Source of the DNA: Psammoneis japonica
Taxonomy: Eukaryota
Reading direction: 5' to 3'
NCBI GenBank assembly: GCA_008632985.1
Contig: QPGO01000150.1
Location: 1 to 64,000 of the forward strand
Length of the DNA stretch: 64,000 nt
Positions within the stretch are counted from its first letter, which is position 1; every line of letters starts with the position of its first letter. Shown one piece after another: positions 1 through 12,199 of this stretch. The position numbers were made by a program, and so were the translations under genes. The notes beneath the pieces were generated by a model. It did no database searches. It was not told the origin of the DNA and worked only from the letters and a program-made list of their open reading frames with translations.

Positions 1-1
1 T

Positions 2-313
2 GACAATCACATAGCCGAGCATCATTATTCACCCCGCTTTGTCATGGCCCATTGCCAACGTCGGGCTGGAAATGCCGTCAGCTTGGAAATGGTATTGCAA
101 GGCGCTTCCCAACAAGGACTGGCACTGGTGGGGGATCCACAAAAGGTTGCTTCGACGTTCGAGTATGGAAACGACAAGAAGAATTATGACCAAGACGACA
201 ATGACATTGTGCACTTGGTCTTTGCAAGAAGGATACACGAGAATAAGCTTCATGAGGGCAATGTTGTTGACGCGGGCGTTCTGAACGGAAAAAAGAATTT
301 CATCTGCCGGTAA
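2..313 (+). CDS. 3' end of a gene running in from outside the window; product unknown
   Basis: Frame open from position 2 to TAA at 311-313; normal dinucleotide composition; no diagnostic motif recognised. Confidence 0.35.
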   Translation, partial: DNHIAEHHYSPRFVMAHCQRRAGNAVSLEMVLQGASQQGLALVGDPQKVASTFEYGNDKKNYDQDDNDIVHLVFARRIHENKLHEGNVVDAGVLNGKKNFICR

Positions 314-579
314 TCTTGCAGCAAAACGAGACCCATATACTTAACAGTGTTCCCACTCACCAACCGTCATTTCAAAGTATGAGGATTGGACTCCGCATGA
401 ATGCGCAGCACACCATGTGCGGCTCGTCTCTCTGTGCAAAGCAGAATTTGGTCTAACGAGTTGAATCAGCCTTGGCTTCGACGCTTTTATGAGGGGTATA
501 GGATGTACTGACATGCAATTTATGTAATAATTAGATTTGCGCACGAAGAATATTTTCATACGACAGGGCCCAGTCAGAC

Positions 580-3500
580 TTATGCAATATCCAATTCAAA
601 ATCTCCAAAATTATCACCCCAGCGGCCATGAACCAATACATGGTATGTGCGTCCATCAAGAGAAGCCCAAGTGACACTGCTTCCAATTTGGGGAAAACAG
701 CCAAGGTGATTTCCAGCAATGCAGTCGAGATTGTCACAACTTTCTGAAAATACAGTCAGCTGTGTAACAAAATTAGTGACATTGTTGCAAGTGGAGGCGG
801 AAAGAACATTCCCCGTGCCCACGACGGTAAACCAAACCCCCGGGCTGCGGCCACCCACGGTATCTCTACAGTTGCCAACATTGTAGTCGATGGTGACATT
901 GCTACTAGTTGAGCCTTGCGTGGAAGAAGGAATCGCCAACGGGCCAATGGCGCCAGTGCAAAAATCATTTCCAAGGGGCGGTCCCCGATCCTCCAAATCC
1001 AACACAAAGTCTCCAGTGTTAGAATGTCCATGAACCAATATACTGTACGTGACACCCTCAAGAGATGGCCAAGAGACGCGGCTTTGGCGGCTGGAGCTCT
1101 CACAGGTGTCGTCATCATCGTTTATAGCAATGCAGTTGAGGCTGTCGCAGCTTCCAGAAAATACCGACAGTTTTGTGTCGAAAGTAGTGGCATTGCTACA
1201 AGTGGAGGCGGAAAGAATATTTCCGGTGCCAATGACGGTGAGCCACACACCCGGAGCCCGATGACTTCCGCAGTCGTCAAGGTTGTACTCGATGGTGGCA
1301 TTCATTGTGGAGCCTTGTGTGGAAGAGGGAATCTCCAATGGGCCAATTGCGCCTGCACAAAGATCGTTTGGCACGGGCGGTCCGCGATCCTCCAAATCTA
1401 ATTGGAAGTCTCCCAATGAAGAACCGAAGCGCCCATGGAGTAACACAAAATAGAACACACCGGGAACAGAAGGCCATGTGACGCGAGAGTTACCCCCGCC
1501 ACAATCAGCATTGCTGTCTCCAGCAATGCACACTAGATTGTCGCAGCTCCCAGAAAATACCGACAGCTGTATATTAAATGAAGTGGCATTGTTGCAGGTG
1601 GAGGCGGAAAGAACATTCCCCGTGCCCACGACGGTAAACCAAACCCCCGGGCTGCGGCCACCCAAGGCGCTACCACATTCACCAACATTGTCAATGCTTG
1701 CATCACTGGTTGAACTTTGTGTGAAAGAAGGAATGACCAATGGGCCAATCGCGCCAGTGCAAAGATCATTTCCTAAGGGCGGTCCACGATCCTCCAAATC
1801 CAATACAAAGTCTCCTTTTATAATAAACCGGTATCCATGAACCAAGACGAAGTACTTGACTCCATCGAGAGTTGGCCAGGTGACGCGGCTACTGAAGCTG
1901 TCACACGCATCGTTACTTCCACCAATGCATTCGAGATTGTCACAGCTTCCGACAAATATCGATAACTGAGTATCAAAAGTAGTAGCATTGTTGCAGGTAG
2001 AGGCAGAAACAACGTTGCCCGTGCCAACAACGGTAAACCATATTCCTGGGCCAGGGCCACCCAAGGTATCCCCACAAAAGTCGTAGACATTATTGTCGAT
2101 GGTTGCATTGCTGGTCGAGCCGTGTGTCGAAGAAGGGATCGCCAATGGGCCAATGGCTCCCGTGCACACATCATTTTCCAAGGGCGGTCCTCGATCCTCC
2201 ACATCAAGTTGGAAATCTCCACTGTTGTCAAATCCATGAACTAATATACTGTAAGTGACAGCATCAAGAGATGGCCAAGTGACGCGGCTTTGGAAGCTGT
2301 CACAGGCATCGTCATTGTTGTTTCCAGCAATGCAGTCGAGGCTATCGCAACGTCCAGAAAATACTGAAAGTTGTGTGTCGAAACTAGTGGCGTCATTGCA
2401 AGTGGAGGCAGAGAGTACATTCCCTGTGCCAACGACGGTAAAACCACACGCCCGGGGTTTCACGTTCAATAGCACTTCCACATCTACCAGAATTGAAGTC
2501 GATGGTGGCATTGCTGGTCGAGCCGTATGTGGAAGAAGGAATGGCCAATGGTCCCATCGCTCGATGGCAGTAATCATTGTCTAGATCGACATCCAACCGA
2601 AAGTCTCCAGTGGTATTGTCAGACCCACGGACAAGCACATAGTACTGCTCGCCAACATCTGTATCCAGTGTGACGCGGCTTTGACTACCGCAGGCATTGT
2701 CGTTGGAGTTAATACACCGCAAAGCAGTGCAACTTCCAGAGAATACAGAAATTTCTGTGTTAAATGTGGCGGTGTCGCTGTTACACGTGGACAACAACAA
2801 AGGTTCTCCAGTGCCTAAAATGGTGTACCAAACACCCGCGGCACTAGCACGACTTGCACTTCCGCAATTGGTAATGTTGTCGCCTGTTGCTGGCTTCGTC
2901 GAACCTTTCGTAGAGGACGGAATCGAGAGGGTAATCGCGCTCTCGCAAAAATCATTTTCTGGCTCGTCGAAACCTAACCGAAATTCACCTGTTGCACTCT
3001 TCCCATGCACGAGCACATAGTACTGCTCTCCTTCTTCAGAAATCCAATTGACGCGACTCTGTACGCTGCAACCATAGGCGTCATTATTGCCGTCGATGCA
3101 TTCCAAATTACTGCAGTCGCCCGAAAACACGGAGATTTCCGTATTGGAAGTGGTGTCATTGTTGCAAGTTGAGGCAGAAATGGTGTTGCCGGTACCCTTG
3201 ACAGAGTACCAAGCCCCAAACGTTGCACCCATGCTGGCACTGCCACAGGCAGGAACATTGTCGACAGAAGCACCAATGGTTGACCCCTCCACAGAGGACG
3301 GAATTGGGAGGACTTCAAACGCACTGCTGCACATGTCGTTCTCGAGCAATTCAGGACTCGTACTAGCAGGCGGTGATCCGTCTGATTGTAACATGAGGGG
3401 AATGACGACACCGATTGCAATCAGAACGACTATCAATATTGCAATCAGTCCCTGGAATTTCCGTTGGCGATACCATGGTGGTGGTGGAATCAAGGGAGCT

Positions 3501-4429
3501 GCCGATACGACATCTTGCTCGTCGACAAGCTGAGCAGAGATAAGACTTGGGTCGTCATTTGAAGAAGGAGTGGGTGCGTGTTGGTCTTGTGGTTCTGGCC
3601 AAACTGTTCCTGCATCACTATAGCTACCGTGAAAGCTACCCACTCGAAAGGCTCCTGGATGTACACTGTTGTGATCGTTAGTAGGCAGTGGATGCTCTGT
3701 GTGAACTGATGACATTGATAAAGTATCTTGATTTTGATTTGATGCATTGAAACCAGCTACCGGGAATGCACCGGGCTGCGTTGTCTGGGTTGACATGGTA
3801 GAATTGGCTTGAGATTCCACGGTAGGTGTCAATGTACCTGACGGCCGAGGTTGCTGAACATTTTCAGATTGCGCCGCAGCCGAGTTTGCTGCTGCTGCTG
3901 CGTGGACGGCTGCTTTCTTGGCAAAGCTCTTTTCTTCAACAATGTCGCCGCCGTTATCTAAATTACTCTCATTTCCCCCCACGTTGTATTTTACGTCATA
4001 TCTTGATGAACCTTTGGTCATGTGTTTCTCTTCTTTTCCCAACGGGGTCTCGCCTTTGTCAACCGCCGCGGCTTGAAATGAAGGGCGAGGCCGGTCTTGA
4101 GTGTTGCGATAGACGTGATGCATAGCACTGGACGGAGGAGGTTTCTTCATAGCTTTCTCCTTCTCCTTAGAATCATGATCCTGTTCATTATCATTGTTAG
4201 GTAATACCGAAGAACCCCTGCTACTAGCGAGATAACAGGCGGCTACTTCGGCGACCGCGTCGTTGTTAGATGGCTGTACAGTAGGCTCTGGGGGAGACGG
4301 CTGCTGAGCCGCACGCATCACTGGTGGCGTCAGAGAAGCAGGCGCTAATACAGCTGGGGCTACCGTGCTCTCCTCATCTTCGGTAGAGCCGCGAGTGGAG
4401 AGGTCACGGCGCACGTTGGAAGCCATCAA
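580..4429 (-). CDS. Single-pass (type II-like) membrane protein with 7 tandem ~125-135 aa Cys-containing extracellular repeats; one +1 frameshift at ~2440
   Basis: ORFs 2393..4429 and 580..2577 join at GVWF|TVVGTGN (A4 at 2440-2443 where sister repeats have A3). Low-complexity N-terminus with PGAF motifs, TM helix FQGLIAILIVVLIAIGVVIPLML, repeat consensus NDxCxxA...SSTxGST...CG...PGVWFTVVGTGN.LSASTC...FDTxLSVFSGSCDxLxCI...YxILVHG...GDFxL. Confidence 0.85.
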
Positions 4430-4739
4430 TGCTTGCCGCTGTTGTGATGGGGACTCGAATACAGCTATAGAAGTGGTTGGACAAAAATGCTTTTGCAGAA
4501 ACAGATCACTTGTTCAACAAAAATACACCATCGTCATAAAAGAGGGGAGCGGGGAGGGCTGAAGATGTATCACTTCCTAGCGGGAAAGTTCATTCTTTGT
4601 CAACTATGTCTTCGGACAAAGAGCCTGACGAAACGCTGAGAAACGCAGAACCGAGTCCCACAGTTGCCAACGAGCAGGGGAAAAAGAGAAAACAAAAACG
4701 CTGTGTTACATTACATGAAAAAGAGCTAACAGACCATGG

Positions 4740-7700
4740 TTGGCATGCGCGCACGCACGCAGCTGGCGGTGCAGCATGACGCACAACGCCATGCTTCCAT
4801 GTGCAAAATCACAAAACACCCATTTTTTTACCAAAAGGCATTTCCAACCGACTGATGTCATGCCAATGTGAAGTTCCCGACAACTTTTGGGGTCACAAGC
4901 AGAGAGTTGCATCAGTTGTGTGGAGCTGTCACCAAAATTCGCCCCCTCTGGTGCCCTGCCTCTGCTTTCTCCCATGCAACAAAGGTGCTGCGCAAAAAGT
5001 CAGCTCCGTTTTTAAGCGCCCAGCACCACGAACAACACACACCCACTGCGTTCTTGCAAGACATTGATTTAAAGTGCAGGAGACTGTGATGAGGATGCTT
5101 GCATCTTGGGCATTTCTGTCTCTGGCAGGGGGGCAAAATCCAGCTGAACAAGCTTGAAACAAAATTGAGTCGAGCGGGTCACACAGGATTCAAGGCTCAT
5201 GACTTGGGGCACAACAAAGGGAAATGGGCCCTTTCTCAACACCAAGATGGACAACAACATCAACAAGAAACCCACTTTTGACAACATTCCATTTTGCAAC
5301 TCATTGTTGACCTGGTGAAAACCACATTTTGCCTGCCTCTTTCATGCTGAAAGCAACTCGCACACAGTCCATGAGAAAGCCCGCTGCAAGCCACACTGTT
5401 GAGTTTTCAAATTTGACATTTTGCATCTCTGTGATCCAACTAGAGCAGATTCAAGAAAGAGGAAGAACTTCCATTCACTGAAATTTGTTGCTCCGTGGGA
5501 CAGCAGCATCAGTGTGACTTCATCAACACGGCTCAAGAGCTCTTTCCTTGAGACGTGCACCAAGAATTTGTCAACAAAATCTTTCTCCAGCAGGGCTGTT
5601 GTCAAATTGCAAATGCCATGGTGGAGCAGTCACAGCTGCTTTCTAACAGTCTCAAAAGGTTCTTTGGAGCCAAGCACTTGCTCTTTGCATGAGAGCCCTC
5701 GTTCAATGTGCTGTGCTTGGCAGCCCAGTTCAGGCTGCTCTTGAGTCTTGCTTGAGCAACCTCATTCTGAGTTGCCACCAGACCAAGCTCCTTTGAAAAA
5801 TCTTTCTTGTGATGCCACCACTTTGTCTTCACACTTTCTAGCCTTTTTGTTGCCACCAGCTTTGCTCAGTGGGTGCCAAAAATGCAGTGCATGGTCCGTG
5901 GATGTAGAATCGACTGGAGACATGGCATGGACTGAGTCGGCATCTTTTTGTCTGCAACTCAACACAAAATCAAAACCATCAAGAATGCATTCAGACACCT
6001 CTTGAACTGCCCCCAAGCAACAACATGTCTGATGCATTCTTGCAAAAGCAACGGCTTGCCAGGCACCTGTTGAAGCAACACAACTGTTGCCATCATCAGC
6101 ACAAGATTTGATCAATTTCCCCATTGGTCACCATGGTGATGGGGTGCTTTTGCACAGTGCACAAAATTTCTTCAGCACACACACACTTTTTCAATGAACC
6201 TGAGCTGGACGTGTTGTTGGCCAATTCTGTGGGATGTGCATGGTTGGTTTGGTGTGGAGGACATGGAGGGCTGGCCTGTCAATGTGCTGCGCACACAGCT
6301 CCTGTGTTGTGTCACTGACTGCCCAGCCCCGGGCTTCAGAAGAGGTCCATTGTCCTTGCCACTGCACAATGGAGGAGTGCAACCAGATGGTCAGCATGTT
6401 TGCAGTTTGTGGCTGAAGCACTCCTTGCTGTTGGACCCAAAACACAGAAAGTTGCAACACAAGCAGCAAGAAATTTGTGGATGGTGGTCAAACTTGAGAA
6501 GCTGTCTGCAAGCCAAACTGTGGACAGCTGCTGATGTGTTCCAGCTGCAAGGAACAGAAAAGTGCAAAAAATGGACATTTCAGCATGCAAGCTCTGACTT
6601 TCTGTGGCGGCCAACTTGGGGACAAACCTGCCAAGCCAGAACAATGTCTCTCTCATTTGCTCATGTTTTTGTGCACTGACAAGACCTGCTGCAGTGCACC
6701 CAAACCATTGGTTTCTTTTGATTTTCCATTTTGAGAGTGTCAAAAGCATCGTTGCAATGTTGCAGCAGCAATTTTTACAAGCAATTTTTTTCTTGTGCTC
6801 ATTCAGTTGTTTGGTTCCAAGCAAACGGGGCCATCATTTGAGTTTTTGACAATGTCCATTGCATTCATTCATGAATTTGACACTGTGCCATTGGGGATCA
6901 CACAAAGAGTGCTTTTGAACAACAGCAAATGACTTGCTGCACAGATGTTTGACTTCAGGCTGAGAAGATGATTTTCACTTGGTGCACCATTGGGCATTTT
7001 TTGTCAATTGCATCACCTGAGAGTCAATGCATGAGGGCACCAAAATGGATCTGCTGTGTGACACAGAAGCAACCACATGAGCTGAAGCAGACACGCGGCA
7101 CGCAGGATTCAAAGGAGTCATTTTCATCTTGAATGTTTTTAGAATGGGAGATCAAAATGGCACCTGAGGCTCGGTCTACAGGTGAACCGAGCCGGATCGG
7201 ATCGCCGGATCGACTCCTTCATAACCCATTAAAATATTAGTCCATCGAGTCAAAAAGTCGATCCGTGGCCTTCGTGGGACTGATCCGCCATCTCGGAATA
7301 CGAAAATCCGGATCGGATGTCGGATCAAATTTTGAAGATTCCGTGCCGTCATCACGACAATGGCGCAACATCACACGATTATGATACAGGGCGGCATAAG
7401 ATTCAGCCATAAGGGCACAGAACTTACTTAGTATTACAGCCTAAGTCTTCCCATGCTGGAAATGGAGATGAAAAAGGTCGTATGGCAATAGAATAGCTTG
7501 TCAAACTGATAATGCCGTAAAGATTTGTTGGAGAAACATTGAATAAGCAAAATAACAAGTATTTATTATGTAATTCGAAATTTCAATACGAAAACATAGC
7601 GTCAGTTTCTTAATTACAAAAGTGATAGCTTTTTCGTCCTTAGCGTTGCTGCAAACACTGAGTGACAACGATGCTCAATGATGCGGTCAAGTAAGTATGT

Positions 7701-8480
7701 AAAGCAGTAATAAGAGCATACTTCTGTCGTCATATCGTCTCGTTTTGACAAGATGTGAAGCATCATGGCCACACTTCTTGTTGTCCGCTTTTGTCAGTGC
7801 TTTGTTGTTCTTGGGAATTTGGAATCTTGAAACTTATGTTGTTTTGCGACTCATCAAAATGTCGAATCCGATCCGCGATCCGATCCGGTTCCACCTGTCG
7901 ACTAACGGAATTCTGACGCGATCCGATCCGGCGATCCGATCCGGCCGGTTCACCTGTAGACGGAGCCTGAGAAGAGGGTGCAAAAACTTTGCACTTGAAA
8001 GTTGCTGAGATCTCCATGAGTCTAGAGCCGCTGCACCAAATGAGAGAGAAATGGAACCCGTGGACTGAGTGAAATTCTGTGGCAGTTCAAACGAAGGCAT
8101 TTTTGTTGCCACACAAGGTGGAAATTGGCTCTGTTGCTTTGTGGCAGTTTGCTTCTCTTTGAGAAAACAGTTCCTTGAAGCATGCACAAAAGGAATTTGA
8201 TTTTTTCCTCACTGGAGTTCAAGAAGACAGCCACACCCGAGTGGGCTGCAAACAGCACGCAAGTCAATGAAGTTGCCATTTTGAGCATCACCTCTGGTGC
8301 TGGAACACGTCTGCCAGCAGCAACGAATGCTGGCTCTCTTAACATTTTCCATTCTAACAACACACAGCAGCCACAGTGATTTCATCCAGAATCAATCTAT
8401 GGAGAAGCAAAACATTGGTCCTCACAAGTTCGTCAGTCCACTGGTTTCACTTCCTTCCAAACCGAAAAGTCATTTCGTGC
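4740..8480. repeat. TpA-depleted degenerate block (probable decayed repeat/TE; family not recognised), interrupted by a MITE
   Basis: About 9 TA dinucleotides in 4800-7140; TG/CA excess; fragmented Cys/His-rich, nearly Tyr-free ORFs; composition resumes at 7970-8480 after the MITE. Confidence 0.6.
7168..7967. mobile_element. 800-bp non-autonomous TIR element (PIF/Harbinger- or Tourist-like MITE)
   Basis: ~45-bp imperfect TIRs GGCTC(G/C)GTCTACAGGTGAACCG(A)GCCGGATCGGATCGCCGGATC; 3-bp TSD TGA at 7165-7167 and 7968-7970; subterminal GATCC repeats; no transposase ORF. Confidence 0.85.
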
Positions 8481-8717
8481 GTTGATGTAGCTTCAGCGCC
8501 GGTACAAAAAATTGTCTTTGGAACGAAGTGCGTCACAGGGGTGTAGACAGACTTTTGGGGCTTAATAAGGCCCTGTTTTGAATTACTCGAGGGCTTAAAT
8601 ACAACAGTCATGGACTGTTTTTCATTCCTGCGAAACTCATGACAAAGTAATAGCACAAAGCGAACGATGTTGCAAAGGCAAAGACAAAGCTGTCAAATGT
8701 ATCACCAAGCGTATAGC

Positions 8718-11700
8718 ATGACACTGAGTTGTCATCGCTACCACGACTTGTGGTCAATGAGTGTTCTCTTGGTGTTTGCTTTGATGGTTGTCTCGGCAAT
8801 GGCCGTAGACAATGACGAAGGAATGGCCATTTTTGCAAACAGCGCATCAGCGCCTGGGTACTCTCTTTGGGACGGTGGCAAATTCTCAGAACGAATTTCA
8901 ATGAAATTCTCGTCTACTACGTGGCGTATGATTCAGGGCGCATATTCACCAACTCGTGACGAAGCTATTATTGTTGGATCAACCATAGATGGAAAAGTCA
9001 ATGCACAAATGTACTCGGGAGGTGCTTGGAGCACGATCCCCTTTTCGCCGCTTGATAAAGAAGTCGATAATAGCTTTCTCAAAGGATTTGACGTTGCATA
9101 TGAGTCTCGAAGTGGAAACGCATTACTGGTGTGGAATGTCGGTTGGCAAGACAACACTATTTACTATCGAACGTTCAACGGTATTTCATGGAGCCCAAAA
9201 TCAAGGATTGAATCTTTTGTACCGAGTGGCACGAGTGTTCGACTTCTCCTAGCGTCCAATCCCAAGTCAGACGAAATGATCCTTGCTGTATCTGGAAACG
9301 GATTTTCTTCATATTGTTTGGTGTGGAACGGGAGTGAGTTTGGAAATGGATTAAAGTTAAAGACCGATGGAGAAGTGGAAGAAAGTCCAATCGACATTGC
9401 TTACGAGCAACAAAGCGGAAGAGCATTAGTCGCCTATCGAGGAAGCGATTCGCCATTAGTTCCTGCAGTTAGTACATGGGACGGCAGTGGCTGGAGTGAC
9501 GCATCAGATGAAGCTCGTGCACATATGGAAGGCATGACGGGCAACATTAGGCAAGTCAATTTGGGCTCGGATCCTACAAGCAACAGAATCGCTTTAGGAG
9601 TCACAGCATACAGCCCAAATGCCTTTTGGTTGGCTATATGGGATGGGGACATTGACAAATGGGATTCGATCGAGATCGCAAGCAACGAATTAGATACCCA
9701 ACCTCTTAACGCCCTTTCCGTTCAATTTGAAGGTACAACTGGGAGGGCTCTTGCAACGTATACAACAGATGTACTCTTCGGTTTGTCACCTGACAGTGAT
9801 GCATATTGGATGACACTCTATGGAATACAATATTGGATGAAGTATAGAACTTGGTCTCCAGTAAGCGGCTGGTCAGAAGAGAACAACGGCCCGGTCGCTG
9901 GAGGCAAGCCAAAAACAATAAGCTTATCTTCGTTTCAGAATGGGAATGAAATCATGCTCTCCCTTCAAGATGTTAATAAGCACGCAAATTATTGTGTTTG
10001 GAATGGGGATACTCGTTCTTGGGGTCAGGTATATCAAATGACCAGCAACACAGGGGATACTTCTGGTAGGGCTTTGAATCATTTGTTCTTGTGGAAAGAG
10101 AGACGTGATACAAACTATCAAACGCTTTCGCCTACGATGGAGCCTACCGTTTCGGTGACAATGCATCCAACGCTAGTTCCTACTGCGGGGCCTACAATGA
10201 AACCTACCGTTCTTACTGTGCCACCAACATCAGTACCTACAACGCGTTCGACCACGACACCAACGAGTCGCCCGACTTCTCACCCAACTCGTTATCCGAC
10301 AGAACGACCAACTGAAATCTCGACAATGGCTCCAACAACTTCTCCGACAAATGGTCCCACTGCCGCTCCTACCCAGTCTCCCACACCGATACCAACTTCA
10401 TTCCCAACACCATCTCCGTCACAAAGACCATCACGCCTTCCCACTGCACGCCCAAGTGTCGCACCAACCGTCGTACCCAAGATCCAGGACCCAGCGGCCG
10501 CAAGTGAAACCGACAATGAAGCTGGAATAGATGTAGAAGCTGGTAGACCTTGTTCAGGCAACAAGCAATGTAAATCATCAACTTGTCGAAGCGGTGTTTG
10601 CATGGCATCGTCTGCGTGTTACCCAATCAAGCACAAGTTTGGTTCTCCCTTTCACAAAAACAGAATCAATATTGTGTTTGTTCCTTCGGCTTTCGACTCG
10701 GTCGGTCACGAAGTTTGGCATGACCAGCTTAACAAGACATACAGTGTCATGCAGAACTACACAATGTTTGCAAAGAAGATTGATGTGCTCAATGTCTTCA
10801 TGGTGGATCCGTTTGAGTTGGACTCGTCATTTTGTAATTCGCATTGCAAAGGAATCGATCGATTGCTTTGGTAAGTCTTGTTTTGTTTTGAAGACAATCG
10901 GCAGCAACATCGATTGCTTTTCTGACTAAACCTTTCGCGCTCATTCACTATAGCTGCGACATTCGACGAACCCACGCGTTGGCCAGCAAATGCTTCCCAG
11001 TTGGTCCCAATCTTCAAACGGTCGTAATTCATAACTCAGAGCATTATGCGGGTGCTGGCTACACCGCCGACAATGTTGCTACTGTGACTACGAATCCTGA
11101 AGCGCCTTTGATAGCAGTGCATGAGCTTGGACACTCACTATTTGAACTAGCCGATGAGTATCCATATGGGCGCGGTCATGCATCGTCACCAAATTGTGCT
11201 TCAAGCAGCTCGTGCGACAAATGGGTCGACCTCCTGGGGAGAGAGAACAAACCAAGAGGATACAATAGGGTCAAATGCATCCCTGGTTGCGGAAATATGG
11301 CATATTTCGTCTCGGGAAAAACCTTCATGGACGACCTGAGTGCTCCCGTTGGAGCGGTCAATGAAAGGTTTAGTTGCTGCACGTATTTGGCATTGACAAA
11401 ACAACTCCCGTCGTACTGCAAGGTGTTTGATCCTTCCCCAAATTATTTGCTCAGCTACTGCCAGACCAATGATTACCAGAAATATGGAAGCTCAAGTTAT
11501 GGAAGCGAGGAGGTTCTTGCCATTCCGGGATATGCAAACAATGACGAACACGAAGCAAAGTACATGCACGTTTCAGACCCGGTGCTGGTGACAATAATAT
11601 CAAAACGACGTCGATCCGGCTCCTCAGTATATCGAGCGAAAAGTTCTCCCTTGAAAGAGTCTGGAATGTTTCTCAAGTCTCAGGTTAAGGGCGACTTTGT

Positions 11701-11944
11701 TAGTCCAAAGGCCGCAGCGAAGCATGGTGTAGATTCACTGTTAAAAGTCATGGTGATTTATCGGACTGGCAAAGAGACGATGTTTCTTTCAAAAAACAAA
11801 ACTATTGAAGTGCCTCCGCCTCCTCCCAATAATACGACGTCTGAAGAAGTCCCTTCCAGTGTTTCAGACGAGTCCAATGTTTTCGAGTTGGTGTTGGACA
11901 CAAGAGGACGAATCGTAAAAAAGATTCGTGTAAAGGCGGTTTAA
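8718..11944 (+). CDS. Secreted M64 (IgA peptidase)-like zinc metalloprotease: signal peptide, W-D/N-G repeat (propeller-like) domain, Pro/Thr linker, Cys-rich motif, HELGH protease domain; intron 10871-10953
   Basis: ORFs 8667..10874 and 10979..11944 splice (GTAAGT...CTATAG) to give LLCCDIRRTHALASKC, matching the paralog; RINIVFVPS, YAGAGY, AVHELGHSLFELADEY; start codon uncertain (8667/8718/8757). Confidence 0.8.
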
Positions 11945-12199
11945 GCCTTACACCATACAACAATAATCTGGAACATTCAGCAGCAAATGTTGCAGATTTC
12001 GTGCCGGCAACGTTGTTGTCAGTGTTCCGAATTTTCTCCTGCCAGCACAACGAAGAACTCTCATTTTCAGACAGTTAGAGAGGCGATCACACGTACCAGG
12101 TGCTACCGGTAGCTGTTAACATATCTAAAAACTTCGGCATGAATTCCAGCCCCACCCAGTGCCTCTTTCTCGCACCAAACCTCCATCAACACTGTTGAC

